DNA of 64,000 bases from Utricularia gibba (lineage: Eukaryota > Plantae > Magnoliophyta), in NCBI GenBank assembly GCA_002189035.1, contig CM007989.1:3906001-3970000 (forward strand). Reading direction: 5' to 3'. Of this stretch, positions 11,343 through 22,309 are shown in pieces (the first letter of the stretch is position 1; each line of letters opens with the position of its first letter). The position numbers were made by a program, and so were the translations under genes. The notes below the pieces were generated by a model. That model did not search any database and had not been told where the DNA came from. It saw nothing but the letters and a program-made list of their open reading frames with translations.

Positions 11343-14219
11343 ATGGCGAAGCCCGGCCCTAGCGCGAGGTCATTGGCGGCGAATCCGGAATCCCCTGCGG
11401 TGCCGCCGTCGTCGTGGGCAAGGCAAACGGGTTTCGCCCCAACTTCTCGGGAGAGAGGGATGCAGGTGATTCAGGGCAAATTACTTCCGCTGTTGGGACG
11501 CCCACGCCGCCGGAGGCGCAGGGGAAGACCAAGCAGCCAGATAATGGCGTTGACCTTGAATCCGGGAGGCCGAGGCCGTCGCCGACTGCTAATGGGGAAG
11601 CTTTGGTGTGAAGGAAAGAGTTAAAGAGAAGCAGCAATTGCCGCCGGCGATTAAACGGAGGGAATCCGAGGGGGTTAACAATGTCGCAGCAAATCGGAAT
11701 CGTCGGACTGTGAGTATTGCGGGAGTGGGAACGCTGATGCATTGACCCAGTCGGCGGTTGATGATGATGGGTTTATGGCGAGAAGTCATCATATGAAGTA
11801 TGAGCTCAGAGACGCTCCTGGGCTTGGTGAGCTTTAGATTTTTTTTTTAGATGATTGACGTTAGCAGGAGTTTGAGTCTAAATTCTTTTCCCTTTAATCC
11901 TGTTTCAGTACCAATCGGTTTTTATGGCGTTCAGCATTTCCTTTCCATATTGGGTTCCTTGATACTTCTCCCACTCGTGATAGTTCCTGCCATGGGAGGC
12001 ACCCATGTGAGCTCCTGTAATTCATTTCATTTGAAGTTGTCACAATCTTCCCCTTTCTGATGTTATCCTTAGGTTAGCTAACAGTCTCAGGTGATATTGT
12101 AGGAAGATACAGCAAAGGTGGTTTCGACAGTGTTATTTATTTCAGGCATTACAACGCTACTGCACATGTTTTTCGGTTCAAGATTACCCTTGATACAGGG
12201 TCCTTCTTTTGTTTATCTCGCTCCTGCGCTTGCAATTATCAACTCACCGGAATTTGTAGGCCTCACTGAAAATGTAAGCACCTGCAAGTGTTTTTTTCTG
12301 TACAACTGTTTATAAATCCTGTGAAATGTGTACAATAATATCATTGCAGAATTTCAAGCACATAATGAAAGAGTTACAAGGAGCCATAATAATTGCTTCA
12401 GCTTTCCAGGCCTTCCTTGGATACAGCGGTTTGATGAAAATATTACTCAGGTGTAGTTTCCCACTCGTACAATGCTGACCCTTTTAAGTCTACTCCTTTT
12501 TGGTTCAAATATCTTATCTTTTTCATTGCAGGTTAATAAATCCAGTGATCGTTGCACCAACTATAGCTGCAGTCGGCCTTTCATTCTACACCTATGGCTT
12601 CCCACGCGTTGGTGACTGCATTGAGATCGGTGCGGTGCAGATCATTTTAGTTGTAATTTTTTCCCTCGTAAGTTTTCCATCCTACCTTTGATTACCACTC
12701 TATGAATGCTCTCCTCCTTTAATGCCGAATGCATCTTCAAAACTGGGCAGTTTTTTCTTTTGCATATTGAGATTATGTCATCATGATGCTTTACAAGACA
12801 TGTACTTCTTTTGCAGTACCTTCGCAAAATATCCATTCTAGGCCATCGTGTGTTTCTTATATATGCGGTGAGCTCATCTACTTGTGCACAACTGTCCTGA
12901 TTTTGCTTTTCCAGCATTCTTGATTTTTCCTCATAATCCAGGTTCCACTTGGTCTAATGATCACTTGGGCTGTTGCCTTTCTTCTCACTGAAGCTGGATT
13001 ATACAGCTATGATGGGTGTGATCCTAATATACCAGCTTCAAACATGATATCTGACCACTGTAGAAGCCATGTAGCACGAGTAAGGAGTTGCCGGGTTGAT
13101 GCGTCTCATGCATTGAGATCATCACCATGGTTTCGATTCCCTTATCCTGTGCAATGGGGCGTGCCTGTTTTCAACTGGAAGATGGTCCTTGTAATGTGTT
13201 TCGTCTCTATGATTTCATCAGTAGATTCGGTAAGTCCTACTGATGCATACCACTCATCCTTGTCGAGCAGGAGATTCGCTTTCGGATAAACTAATCGTTT
13301 TCATAATCCTTAGGTTGGTTCATATCATGCATCATCCTTGTTGGTGGCATCTAAGCCTCCAACTCCTGGTGTAGTTAGCCGTGGAATCGGCTTAGAAGGT
13401 ATCACAAGTATCCTGGCAGGCATTTGGGGCACCGGCACTGGGTCTTCTACCCTGACTGAGAATGTTCACACCATTGCTGTCACCAAAATGGGAAGCCGGA
13501 GAGCCGTCGGGTTTGGCGCAGTCTTGATGATCGCACTGTCGTGTATAGGTATGTTAGCTGATGAACTCCTAAATTTCTGCATAGCCCATTGAACTTGATT
13601 CCAACTGGTGTCGCTCCTCCTTCACCAGGTAAAGTGGGAGGTTTCATCGCTTCAATACCAGAAGTAATTGTTGCAGCTCTCCTGTGCTTCATGTGGGCGA
13701 TGCTCACAGCTTTAGGCTTGTCGAACTTGCGATACAGCGAGGCCGGCAGCTCAAGGAACATCATCATCGTCGGCTTATCGCTGTTCTCTTCGCTGTCGAT
13801 TCCGGCGTACTTTCAGCAGTATGGGGTCTCACCAAACGCCTACTCCACAGTCCCGAGCTACTTCCAGCCCTACATTGTCGCCTCCCACGGCCCCATCCGC
13901 ACCAACTCCAGAGGCGTATGCATTCCATCTCTCTTTCCTTACTTCGTCTGATTCCAGGGGTGTTCTGTTGTTAACAAACCTTGTATCGTTTTGGCAGCTC
14001 AACTATGTTCTCAACACACTGTTTTCGCTTCACATGGTGGTGGCTTTCCTGGTGGCCGTGATCCTCGACAACACCGTACCGGGCAGCCGGCAGGAACGGG
14101 GAGCGTATGTCTGGTCCGAAGCCGAAGCTGCGACAAGGGAGTCTGCCCTCTACCAAGACTACAAGCTCCCTTTTGGAGCCGCAAAGATATTCCGGTGGGT
14201 AAAATGCGTTGGCATCTAG
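11343..14219 (+). CDS. NAT12: Nucleobase-ascorbate transporter, NAT11/12 clade (NCS2 family); exon 1 carries three apparent 1-bp deletions
   Basis: 10 exons with GT-AG boundaries: 11343-11826, 11909-12006, 12103-12273, 12350-12450, 12532-12667, 12817-12867, 12942-13229, 13313-13548, 13629-13915, 13998-14219. Motifs MKYELRDAPGL, GSRLPLIQGPSF, the NAT signature TENVHTIAVTKMGSRR, and the C-terminus FRWVKCVGI. Confidence 0.93.
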
Positions 14220-15292
14220 AAACAGCCGGAGCACGGCGTCCCGGCTGAGCTCCGCCGTGTTGCTGTCTGTATATTACGGATTCTTATCCTTTTTGTCCCC
14301 CTAGATTCAACTTATTTACTTCACATTGCCGCAGAGTTGAAATTGTATAATTTTTTTAATCCGAAATACTCGGCTAATTGAATTTAAATTTTTTGATAAT
14401 TTTAATTCACTATAAAATACTATAATTAGTATTTTTAAATAAAATACCTACATCTTTTTATTTAAAGTAATATTAGATATATTTAATAGATAAAATAAAA
14501 TTGTAGTAACAACATTTTAAATTTCAATTAATATAAAAAATTTAATTATTGTAAAAATAACACTTTAAATTATCAAAATCATGCAATGAAGATTTAAATA
14601 GATTTTAAAATTTTTAAAAAATGAATTAAAAATAAGAGATTAAATATGCACTGAAAACTCAACCTTAGTAGTTAAATATGAATGATTAAATATAATAAAT
14701 AACCATATAGTTATTAAAATAATGTAACAAAGACCCAAATATGATGGATTAAAAATATACAATTTCATAACTTGGAAGTAAATTGTTTACAAAAAAACAA
14801 ATTGATGGATTTAGAATGCAGTTTTGAAACTTGGGATTTTAAATTTTTATATTCATTGTAAATTGGAATGCGAACAACAAACTTCACATATTAAAATAAG
14901 GTATTAAAAATTGTAGACGTCATGGGCAGGATGAAGGGGACGTGACCCGTCCGTGCTGGAATTGACTAGGCGGATCCGAGTCTGAGTGATGCGGTCCGGA
15001 GCCACTACACGACTTGGGTTACTGAGTGAGTGCGTGAGAATCCGGTGTTCCTTCTTGTTTCTGTCTCGCTACTGCATCTGTCGCTTTTCATCTTCTTTCT
15101 TTTTTTTTGTTTTTTTGTTTTTTTTTTTTTGCTTCTCTTGGAGATCAGGGAATTGATCGCTTCTCATTTACTCACCCATCTGAGACCCAACCCAATCCCG
15201 GCGATTGACTGATGGACTGAGACAAAACCCCCAAAGCCGAAACCCCACGTCAAGATCAACTCTGGAAAGAGATTCCCCTGGCTGCCGCTTCA

Positions 15293-15871
15293 ATGGCGTC
15301 GATCGGGGACACCAGTTTCACGGAGGTGGGGAATGGTTCTGGCAACAGGAGGGGGTTGTTGGGTATCGATTTGAATGTCGCCCCTCCTGAGGAGGACGAT
15401 GAGGATGGGAGCCCCCTTTTCGGGAGGAGGCATTCCTGGGATGGGGAGAGACCAGGCGCTGATATGGATGACGAGATCGGGGAAAACGAGAAGAGAATTA
15501 GGCGTTGGAATGCGATTCTCGGGGTCGCTGAGGATGCTTCGGCGGAGTACGAGAAATCCCAAAATCGGAGACGGAAGATACCTCCGACTGGGGAACTGCA
15601 ACAGAAGAAGAAGAACCCTATCTCACACGGCCACTGTTTCACTGTGGAGAAATCGGACAGCCGTTACCTGCACTCGGCGTCGCCCCCACCGCCGCCGACA
15701 CCGTCCCTTGTGGTGCGCTCTACAAGGGGGAGGACAGTGGCGATGCCTAACAAATACCGCGACTCCGTTCTCGATGTCCCGGCGGAGGGAGCCTTCTTCG
15801 GGCGCAACAGAAACGAAAAACCTGCCGCCCCTGCCGCCGTCGTCCTCTCCAGCAAACGGAGGTCCAGGTGA
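15293..15871 (+). CDS. Uncharacterised 192-aa intronless protein with DLN(VAP) EAR-like motif and RSTRGR..MPNKYRDSVL motif
   Basis: ATG to TGA open frame in a GC-rich island. Synonymous-only divergence from the neighbouring paralog across PNKYRDSVL supports that it is coding. Confidence 0.78.
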   Translation: MASIGDTSFTEVGNGSGNRRGLLGIDLNVAPPEEDDEDGSPLFGRRHSWDGERPGADMDDEIGENEKRIRRWNAILGVAEDASAEYEKSQNRRRKIPPTGELQQKKKNPISHGHCFTVEKSDSRYLHSASPPPPPTPSLVVRSTRGRTVAMPNKYRDSVLDVPAEGAFFGRNRNEKPAAPAAVVLSSKRRSR

Positions 15872-16580
15872 TGATTGTGCTGGTGGGCCCCAGAGGCAGA
15901 GTAAATTTTCGTTTTGAATGCGCAGTGAAAGTAAAAAAGAAAAAAAAATCTCATCATTAATCAGCAGAAGAACCACTTCATGCCTTTTTTACCGTCGCAT
16001 TTCCCTTTTAATTTTTTACCTCGTCCCTTTTTTACAGCATTATTATGTAAAAAAAAATCAGATTTTTGATGGCTTCTTTACCCCATATCTACGGCTGTCC
16101 ATAGCCGGCGTCTTCATTCATCTACGGTCATGATTTCATCAAGTCCCTTATTTTGTCCGTGGATGGGGACCACGTGTTTTTGTACTTGGGCAATTCCACG
16201 TTTCCAATTCCAACAGAAAGCTACTCTTTAGGTGGATAATTTTATTTTTCTTTATTTCATTAAAAATAACTACTTTTAAATTTAATTGTCTAATTTATTT
16301 AATATAGTAAAATCGGTTAATAGGAAAATTTAATATACTTCATTTAATAATTAAATATTGACATATGTAACATTTAAATGTGAAATTTAAATTGGAAATG
16401 TGAGACTAATCCAATATTGAAATAGGCTATTAAATAAATTGAATTATTAAAATTTAGCCAAATTAGTATTAATTTAAATACAAAAATTCCATTTTAATAG
16501 AAAATAGGCGACGTGAAGGGTCCGCGAAGCATTAAGGTAATAGAGCTTTAGCTTGTGTAGTTCCGGTCCCGTTTCCGCGG

Positions 16581-17087
16581 ATGGCTTCGTTCCGTCGCTA
16601 TCCCGCCGTCCTCCGCCGCGGATCCACCTCCCAAATCTCCCTGCGTAAGATTCTACACACAATCATCACGTTACCGCCGCCGAATCCCCCATTCTCCGCC
16701 TCCCGATTCGACGAATCCGTGGAAGAGAAGTCTGATTTCACTGCCGGAAATACCAGTGGACTGCGTCTCGCCTTCGACCTCAATGATTCCTCCGTCGGAG
16801 AGGGAACCCACAGCCCCCACATGAGTTCAAGCTCCGTCTCTCTCCCTGCCGCCATCCAGAAAGAGGAGGACCTGAATGCAATACATGGTGATTCCGCCTC
16901 CGGGGAGCGTGGTCTAATACTTCTCATCGAAGCGGCGGATCTGATTCTCGGCGAACACAAGAGATCGAGAGAACCCTCTCCAAGAGGAAGAACATTCCAG
17001 ACGCGGCCGCGGTCGAGGGTTCTTCCCAACAAGTACAGGGACTCGGTTCTGGAACCTCTGACTCCACCCAAGCGCACCCGACGGTGA
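16581..17087 (+). CDS. Uncharacterised 168-aa intronless paralog with FDLN motif, LILLIEAA helix and RVLPNKYRDSVLEP motif
   Basis: ATG to TGA open frame sharing the C-terminal motif with 15293-15871. Confidence 0.78.
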   Translation: MASFRRYPAVLRRGSTSQISLRKILHTIITLPPPNPPFSASRFDESVEEKSDFTAGNTSGLRLAFDLNDSSVGEGTHSPHMSSSSVSLPAAIQKEEDLNAIHGDSASGERGLILLIEAADLILGEHKRSREPSPRGRTFQTRPRSRVLPNKYRDSVLEPLTPPKRTRR

Positions 17088-17981
17088 GGGAATTTCAACT
17101 TTTTTTTTCAATTTTAATAAAAAGAAAAAGAATAATTAATAGTTTATAGTTTCCCATTTTTCGGTTGAGACCCCAATCATTCTGCTTTTGTGTAACATAT
17201 AATATTCTTTAATTATAAAACTATATAATCTAAAATTATATTTTAGGGTTTTAGTAAATTAAATTATATATTATAGAATTTGTAAATTAAATTATTATTA
17301 ACACCACATCCAAGACGGTTGAGTTAACTTAGGTTAAATTATTTTCTGTAATGATAAAATTGATGTGGGGCCCGATGACATTGAATGAAAGGATCAACGG
17401 TCAGGATTCGCTCAGTGTGTCATCTTGGGGTGCGGACAGCCCTGCCCTCGACTTCCGTTTCGTCCGTGAAGGGTCAACATTCGGCTCCCTGCCATTTTTC
17501 TGTAGTTACCTTAATTTTAATAATGATATTATGTATTAATAATCATGGGTTTTTAATAGTGGGCCCCACCACAATCACCACAGTCATTTTCGAATTAAAT
17601 TCACGCTTTGGTCCCGGTAACTTTTTTTTTAACAGTCCCCGGAAATTATCGACAAATTATTGTATCTTTGTTGGACCACTTGGATAGGCTTTTTTTTTTT
17701 ATATCAGTTAATAACTATAATTAGAAAAATTTCAAATGATATTATCGTTCTTATTATAGCAAGTAAGTTTTGTTAGTTGTGTGGTGTTTTTCTCAATGTT
17801 ATATAAAAAAATCATTTTTTGTTATATTTAGTTCGTCGTTTTTATATAAAAATAATTAAATCGTAATTTTATTGAATTTAAATTAATATTCATTATGAAC
17901 TCTCCACGATCCTGGTACTTTTTTGGAATGTCGATTTTTTTATTTGGAAACTAATTGTTTTTATGGTTTATTTTCATCATT

Positions 17982-18368
17982 CCACGTCATCCCCTGGGAG
18001 TAGGTGTAGTCAGTATTAGGTGGGGCCCATAGGTTATAGCTTGTCCGAATGGTAGTCGGCGACACGTGGCTTTCGGATAATATTATCAATTCCGGCGACG
18101 GCGTCCGTGCTTTGGGCCAATAGTTATGGAATCTCATCGGCGAAATACGCGAGGCCCAGTGGGTGGGTGTGATGGCGCTGAAGAATGTGGGCACCGTACA
18201 ACCTCTCCAGCGTGGGCGTAGTGTACTGAACGCCTTGCCTTCTTCACCCCGTCGCGATTGGAAGCATGTGGGTGGTGCGTTGCTCTGGGGAATATTCCGA
18301 TTCGATGTCTCTGTTCAGGCCGGCGGCTGAGATGCGAGCGAGACGAGAAAAGGCTTTATATCACGTGA
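17982..18368. promoter_or_regulatory. CpG-rich cis-regulatory island (ACGT boxes, TCP-type site, TATA)
   Basis: CCACGTCA at 17982, GTGGGGCCCA near 18020, GACACGTGGC at 18061-18070, TCACGTGA at 18361 directly beside a minus-strand TATAAA at 18355-18360. The island is flanked by very AT-rich DNA. Confidence 0.5.
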
Positions 18369-19046
18369 TCCCGCCTTTGGTACGCGAGTTTGGATGAATT
18401 TTCAAGTGTATTTGACAATAAACCCAAGTTTGATTATTTAAACATAAATCAATTTACTGTTTGCCAACAAAATATAATTATTTAAATCTAAATAAATTAA
18501 AGCATTGTTCTTAAAAATTTTTAAAACTTATTTTTCTTTTCAAAAATAAAAATAATTTTTTTCTAAAACAATTTTAATTGTAAAATTAATTTTATTGAAA
18601 ATATTTTTAAAATTATATTACAAAAATTATTTTTTAAAAAATAAGGAGTTGATTAATTTTAATTTTAATTTCTAATTTTTTAAAATAATTTTGAAAAATA
18701 AAAATAGATTTCAAATTTTTTTTAAAATACTGCTTAAATCCGAATTAAAACCAAACCCACGTTCCAAATGAGTGTGTGACAACCGATTTGTGGGATGGTG
18801 AGGATAGAGTGAGTAGTGGACGGGGTGTCAAGAATTATTGAGGTTTGATTTTTATAAAAAGAAATTAACTATATAAATATTAAATTGATATAATAATTTT
18901 TTTTCGTAATATTTTTATAATAAATTAAATGAGATTCAATTTATTTAACCCGAACTCTAAATGATTGATTTCGACTACATTTTAAATGTCTTGTCAATTT
19001 CAAAGGAATTTAAAATATTTATTTTTTTCCCTTTCTGTTATTAAAT

Positions 19047-19118
19047 CACGTGCCGCGCGCCTCATCCTCTTCTTCCTGTGGTCAAGTCAAGCCCACCGCG
19101 GCGCTACTGGTATAAATA
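19047..19118 (+). promoter_or_regulatory. G-box and TATA box of the DUF7054 gene
   Basis: CACGTG at 19047-19052 and TATAAATA at 19111-19118, about 100 bp before the ATG at 19220. Confidence 0.65.
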
Positions 19119-19219
19119 TCTTCTGCATTGCTGCTGCACTCCATCGCATTTCCATGTAAATCTGATCTTCTCAGGTGGTCTTCCAACCACAACCAGCAGC
19201 ATCGGAGACCTCGACAGAG

Positions 19220-19843
19220 ATGCCGTCCCCGAAGAGCCAACGGAGACCAACGACGATGCATGATAGAAACAGCCAAGGGCGGTTATCCGAGCGAGCTTCT
19301 TCTTTTAGCGTCGGGCGCATCGGGGAGGCGTCAGGGATGCCGCGGAGGCCGAGAACCGTGCCGAATCTGTTTTCCGGGGTTAGGATCGACGAGACGACGG
19401 AGGTAGTATACAATCGGCCGAAGCTTACGAAGCTACTCGTGAACGTGACGATTCAGAGGAGTCTCGGCGCGGTGAAGGTGGTGGTGCCGCTGGAGACAAC
19501 GGTGGAGGAGTTGGTAGCGGCGGCGCTGAGGCAGTACGTGACGGAGATGCGGCTGCCGGTACTTTGCTCCGTCGATCCGGCGAAATTCGATCTCCATTAC
19601 TCGCAGTTCGCTTTAGAGAGTAAGCTTCGATCGCGATTTACATCTCGCGCCAATTCAAAATCCCTAGAATGGTGTTGTGAATTGATTGTTGATACAGGCT
19701 TGGGAAGAGACGAGAAATTGATTAATTTAGGGTCACGGAGCTTCTTTCTTTGCCTAAACACAGCAGTGCCTGCTTCCGAAACCGCCGGCAACACGACCTC
19801 CAAAGCTTCCGCTTCCAGAAGGGGAATTTCGTGGTGGGGTTGA
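19220..19843 (+). CDS. DUF7054 / At4g22758-like protein, 2 exons
   Basis: Exons 19220-19619 and 19698-19843. Motifs LSERASSF, RRPRTVPNL, KLLVNVTIQRSLGAV, FDLHYSQFALES-L..DEKLINLGSRSFFLC. Confidence 0.85.
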   Translation: MPSPKSQRRPTTMHDRNSQGRLSERASSFSVGRIGEASGMPRRPRTVPNLFSGVRIDETTEVVYNRPKLTKLLVNVTIQRSLGAVKVVVPLETTVEELVAAALRQYVTEMRLPVLCSVDPAKFDLHYSQFALESKLRSRFTSRANSKSLEWCCELIVDTGLGRDEKLINLGSRSFFLCLNTAVPASETAGNTTSKASASRRGISWWG

Positions 19844-20284
19844 AGGATCTTCCAGTTCCGCAAAGAAAAGGTATTCCGGATTACTTGCACCTGCTGAATG
19901 CACAGCTCCATGTTCATTATTTCGTAGTCGTCCATGATTTTGGTTGCCGGAAGACTGAAGGAAATTTCCAGCTTAACCAGTAGACGTCCGTCTTTCTTGT
20001 ATTCTGCCCTGATGGTTGCTTCTCTTGCAGTTGGAATCATAACGAAGAAACGCATTACAGTGATTCCAATACACGGGTTCTAGTTCTAGAATTGAAAACA
20101 ACCTCGAAACCAATCAACGCCGCATCGGCTGTAAGGGAGCGAGCAAACACTTCCAAGAGCCCCGCAAAGATACACCATTTGTGAGCAGACATGGGGATCT
20201 TTGAACCACAGTGAAAAGAAAGGCACCAGATGTTGAAGATGAAACACAAGCAAGCAAGCAAAGGCATACATAGATTAGGTAGAA

Positions 20285-21124
20285 TCACCGGCCCTTCTCT
20301 TCCCTTTCCCTGTTCCATTGCTCAATTCTAGCTCTCCGTTCCTCACTTCCTTCCCTTGCCGGGCTCCGGCTCCTGCGTGGACTCCCGCCGTGCCTTCTCC
20401 TTTCATTGTCATGCCTATAGCTACCACCACCCCTCCGCCCACCTCCGCGATTATCCCGTCGCTCATGATCCTTCTCCCTTTCCTTGTCCCTATCCCGCCT
20501 ATGACTATGGGAAGGGCTGGTACTTCTGCTGCGGCTCCTACGCCCCCAGAACCTAGTCTGCCGTCTACCGAACAGTTTCTTCCTCAGATCTCTGCCGATC
20601 ATCTTGACGTGCATAAAGTTGCAATACCCGCCTCGGGCGCAGCTATCCTCCTCGTATTGGCGGCATGTGGCCTCACGGAAATCAGTGACAGGTGAAAAAT
20701 CGGCGATGATCGGGCGGCCGGAGTAGAACCTTCCAGTCAAGGCCTTCAGAGCAGCGGAGGCATGATCCTCCTCCTTGAAATGAACATACACGTTTCCGAT
20801 CATGTGGTCCGCGAGATTATCGCAGACATTGAGGCTCTCAATCTCACCAAACTTGCTGAGCTCCTCATAAATATCCTCATAGAAATCCTCGAAATGCTCC
20901 TGGATCTTGTTTGCCTCAATCGGTTGTCCCTGAGCGTCCACACCGGGGGTTATCATATCAGGGCGCTGGTACATATTCGCAAGAAGCAGCGTCGGAGATA
21001 TCGTCGGCCGGTTGTGAAGCCTTGAGCAGCGGTCCCCGTGGCGACAAGCTCCGATCTTGAAATAGAACGGACAGTTCACACGATCCTTCTCCGTTCCGAA
21101 AATTGAGGCTAAATGCTCTGCCAT
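20285..21124 (-). CDS. U2AF35: Splicing factor U2AF small subunit (35 kDa), intronless CDS, 279 aa
   Basis: [37 protein letters not shown] (CCCH), a UHM/RRM domain, a second CCCH ([19 protein letters not shown]) and an RS-rich tail. Confidence 0.98.
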   Translation of the reverse strand: MAEHLASIFGTEKDRVNCPFYFKIGACRHGDRCSRLHNRPTISPTLLLANMYQRPDMITPGVDAQGQPIEANKIQEHFEDFYEDIYEELSKFGEIESLNVCDNLADHMIGNVYVHFKEEDHASAALKALTGRFYSGRPIIADFSPVTDFREATCRQYEEDSCARGGYCNFMHVKMIGRDLRKKLFGRRQTRFWGRRSRSRSTSPSHSHRRDRDKEREKDHERRDNRGGGRRGGGSYRHDNERRRHGGSPRRSRSPAREGSEERRARIEQWNREREEKGR

Positions 21125-21323
21125 CGAGCTCCAATCACTCCGACCAGGAACCAAAATTGCAGGAGACAACCGGAGGAACGTCCGCCGCCGTCTTAGGGCC
21201 CCCAAACGCAAACCCTAGTAATTGGGAAATTATCCGCCCGGAAGCGCTATCCAGAAAAACCAGTGAAATAAAAACGCTTTTTTTTAAGGCAAGCTGATCT
21301 CCGTGGCTGTCTCAGTTATCAAC

Positions 21324-21388
21324 TGGGCTTCTGCAGGCCCAGTTCAAAGAGGATTATATGAAGTGTATTCTTGGGCCGGTTCAGCCCA
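21324..21388. promoter_or_regulatory. Site II motif cluster, U2AF35 promoter (possibly bidirectional)
   Basis: TGGGCT at 21324, AGGCCCA at 21335, TGGGCC at 21372, AGCCCA at 21383, in both orientations. Confidence 0.65.
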
Positions 21389-22309
21389 TCATGGAACACG
21401 CATGACATATCCTTTCGAAAACAAAGAAGGTATCCCTAAGCTATGTTCCCTTTACCTGCATAAAAAAAGCCTTTTTTTTTTCCACTGGTGTTTCTCAGAA
21501 TTCGGCTTCTGTAGTCTGTAGTGAAATTTAATCTTTATTTTCAAAAAGATGATGGAGTTTTGGGGTGAGTACCTGTTCTTGTATGTTTATAAATGGGTTT
21601 GTGTATGATGAATTTGTGTGTATTAGTGGGGAGGTTCAACTGTCAAGTTTCATGCTTTTCTTTTCTATGTTGTTCCCATATTGTGTTTATGATTGCTACC
21701 ATCTCCCTTTCTGAGGTTTCCCCTTCTGGGAAACCGGTGATTGCACACCTACCACACGGGAGTATTGATTCTTATCAGGCAACTTTTCTTATTTCTTACT
21801 AATTTCTGTGAGTTTACACGGAATTGCGTTGTTTGATTGTGGATGATGAATTGATGATTCATACATTGATTTTGTACTGTATTGCATTGGGGAAGGTCAT
21901 TGATACGAGTGATCATCGTAAGGTTGAAATCAATGGGAAAAGATAGATGGATGTAGGTTTCAGAGGGGAGTTTGAACTCAAGTCACAGGATGTTGTCTCA
22001 ACCGAGAGATTATTTCTCAACATAATACATATTCAGCAGATGGAAAGAAGCACGCACACACCAAAAGCACACACTAAATACATCCTATGTGTTGTGATGA
22101 ACGCAGGTTTTCTGCATCAGTTTGGTAACTTGAAGACCAAACTCAGGAAACCAGGAACATCCAATGTAAATTTCACACTATATGAACAGAACAATTCATC
22201 TTCTTACTCAATCATCATCTGCTTTTTAGCAGCCATTATTGTTTCTGTGTTGTGAATGGCTCAATTGTCTTCTTTTCGTATGGATCCTTTCCTGTTTCGG
22301 TTGTAGCTA

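Noticed and set aside
15256-17111. Several overlapping minus-strand and alternate-frame ORFs (for example 16598-17098, 15375-15917)
   Set aside because: By-products of GC-rich coding DNA. The synonymous substitution pattern supports the 15293 and 16581 frames.
21407-21484. ATATCCTTT, a perfect U12 AT-AC donor-like sequence next to U2AF35
   Set aside because: It lies too close to the promoter motifs, has no well-placed branch site, and ATATCCTT also occurs at about 41444 and 55116 in this AT-rich window.
21736-21749. ATTGCAC, a U1A-binding-like heptamer in a small hairpin
   Set aside because: The stem is too short and sequesters the last C. There is no U1 snRNA context, Sm site or USE promoter.
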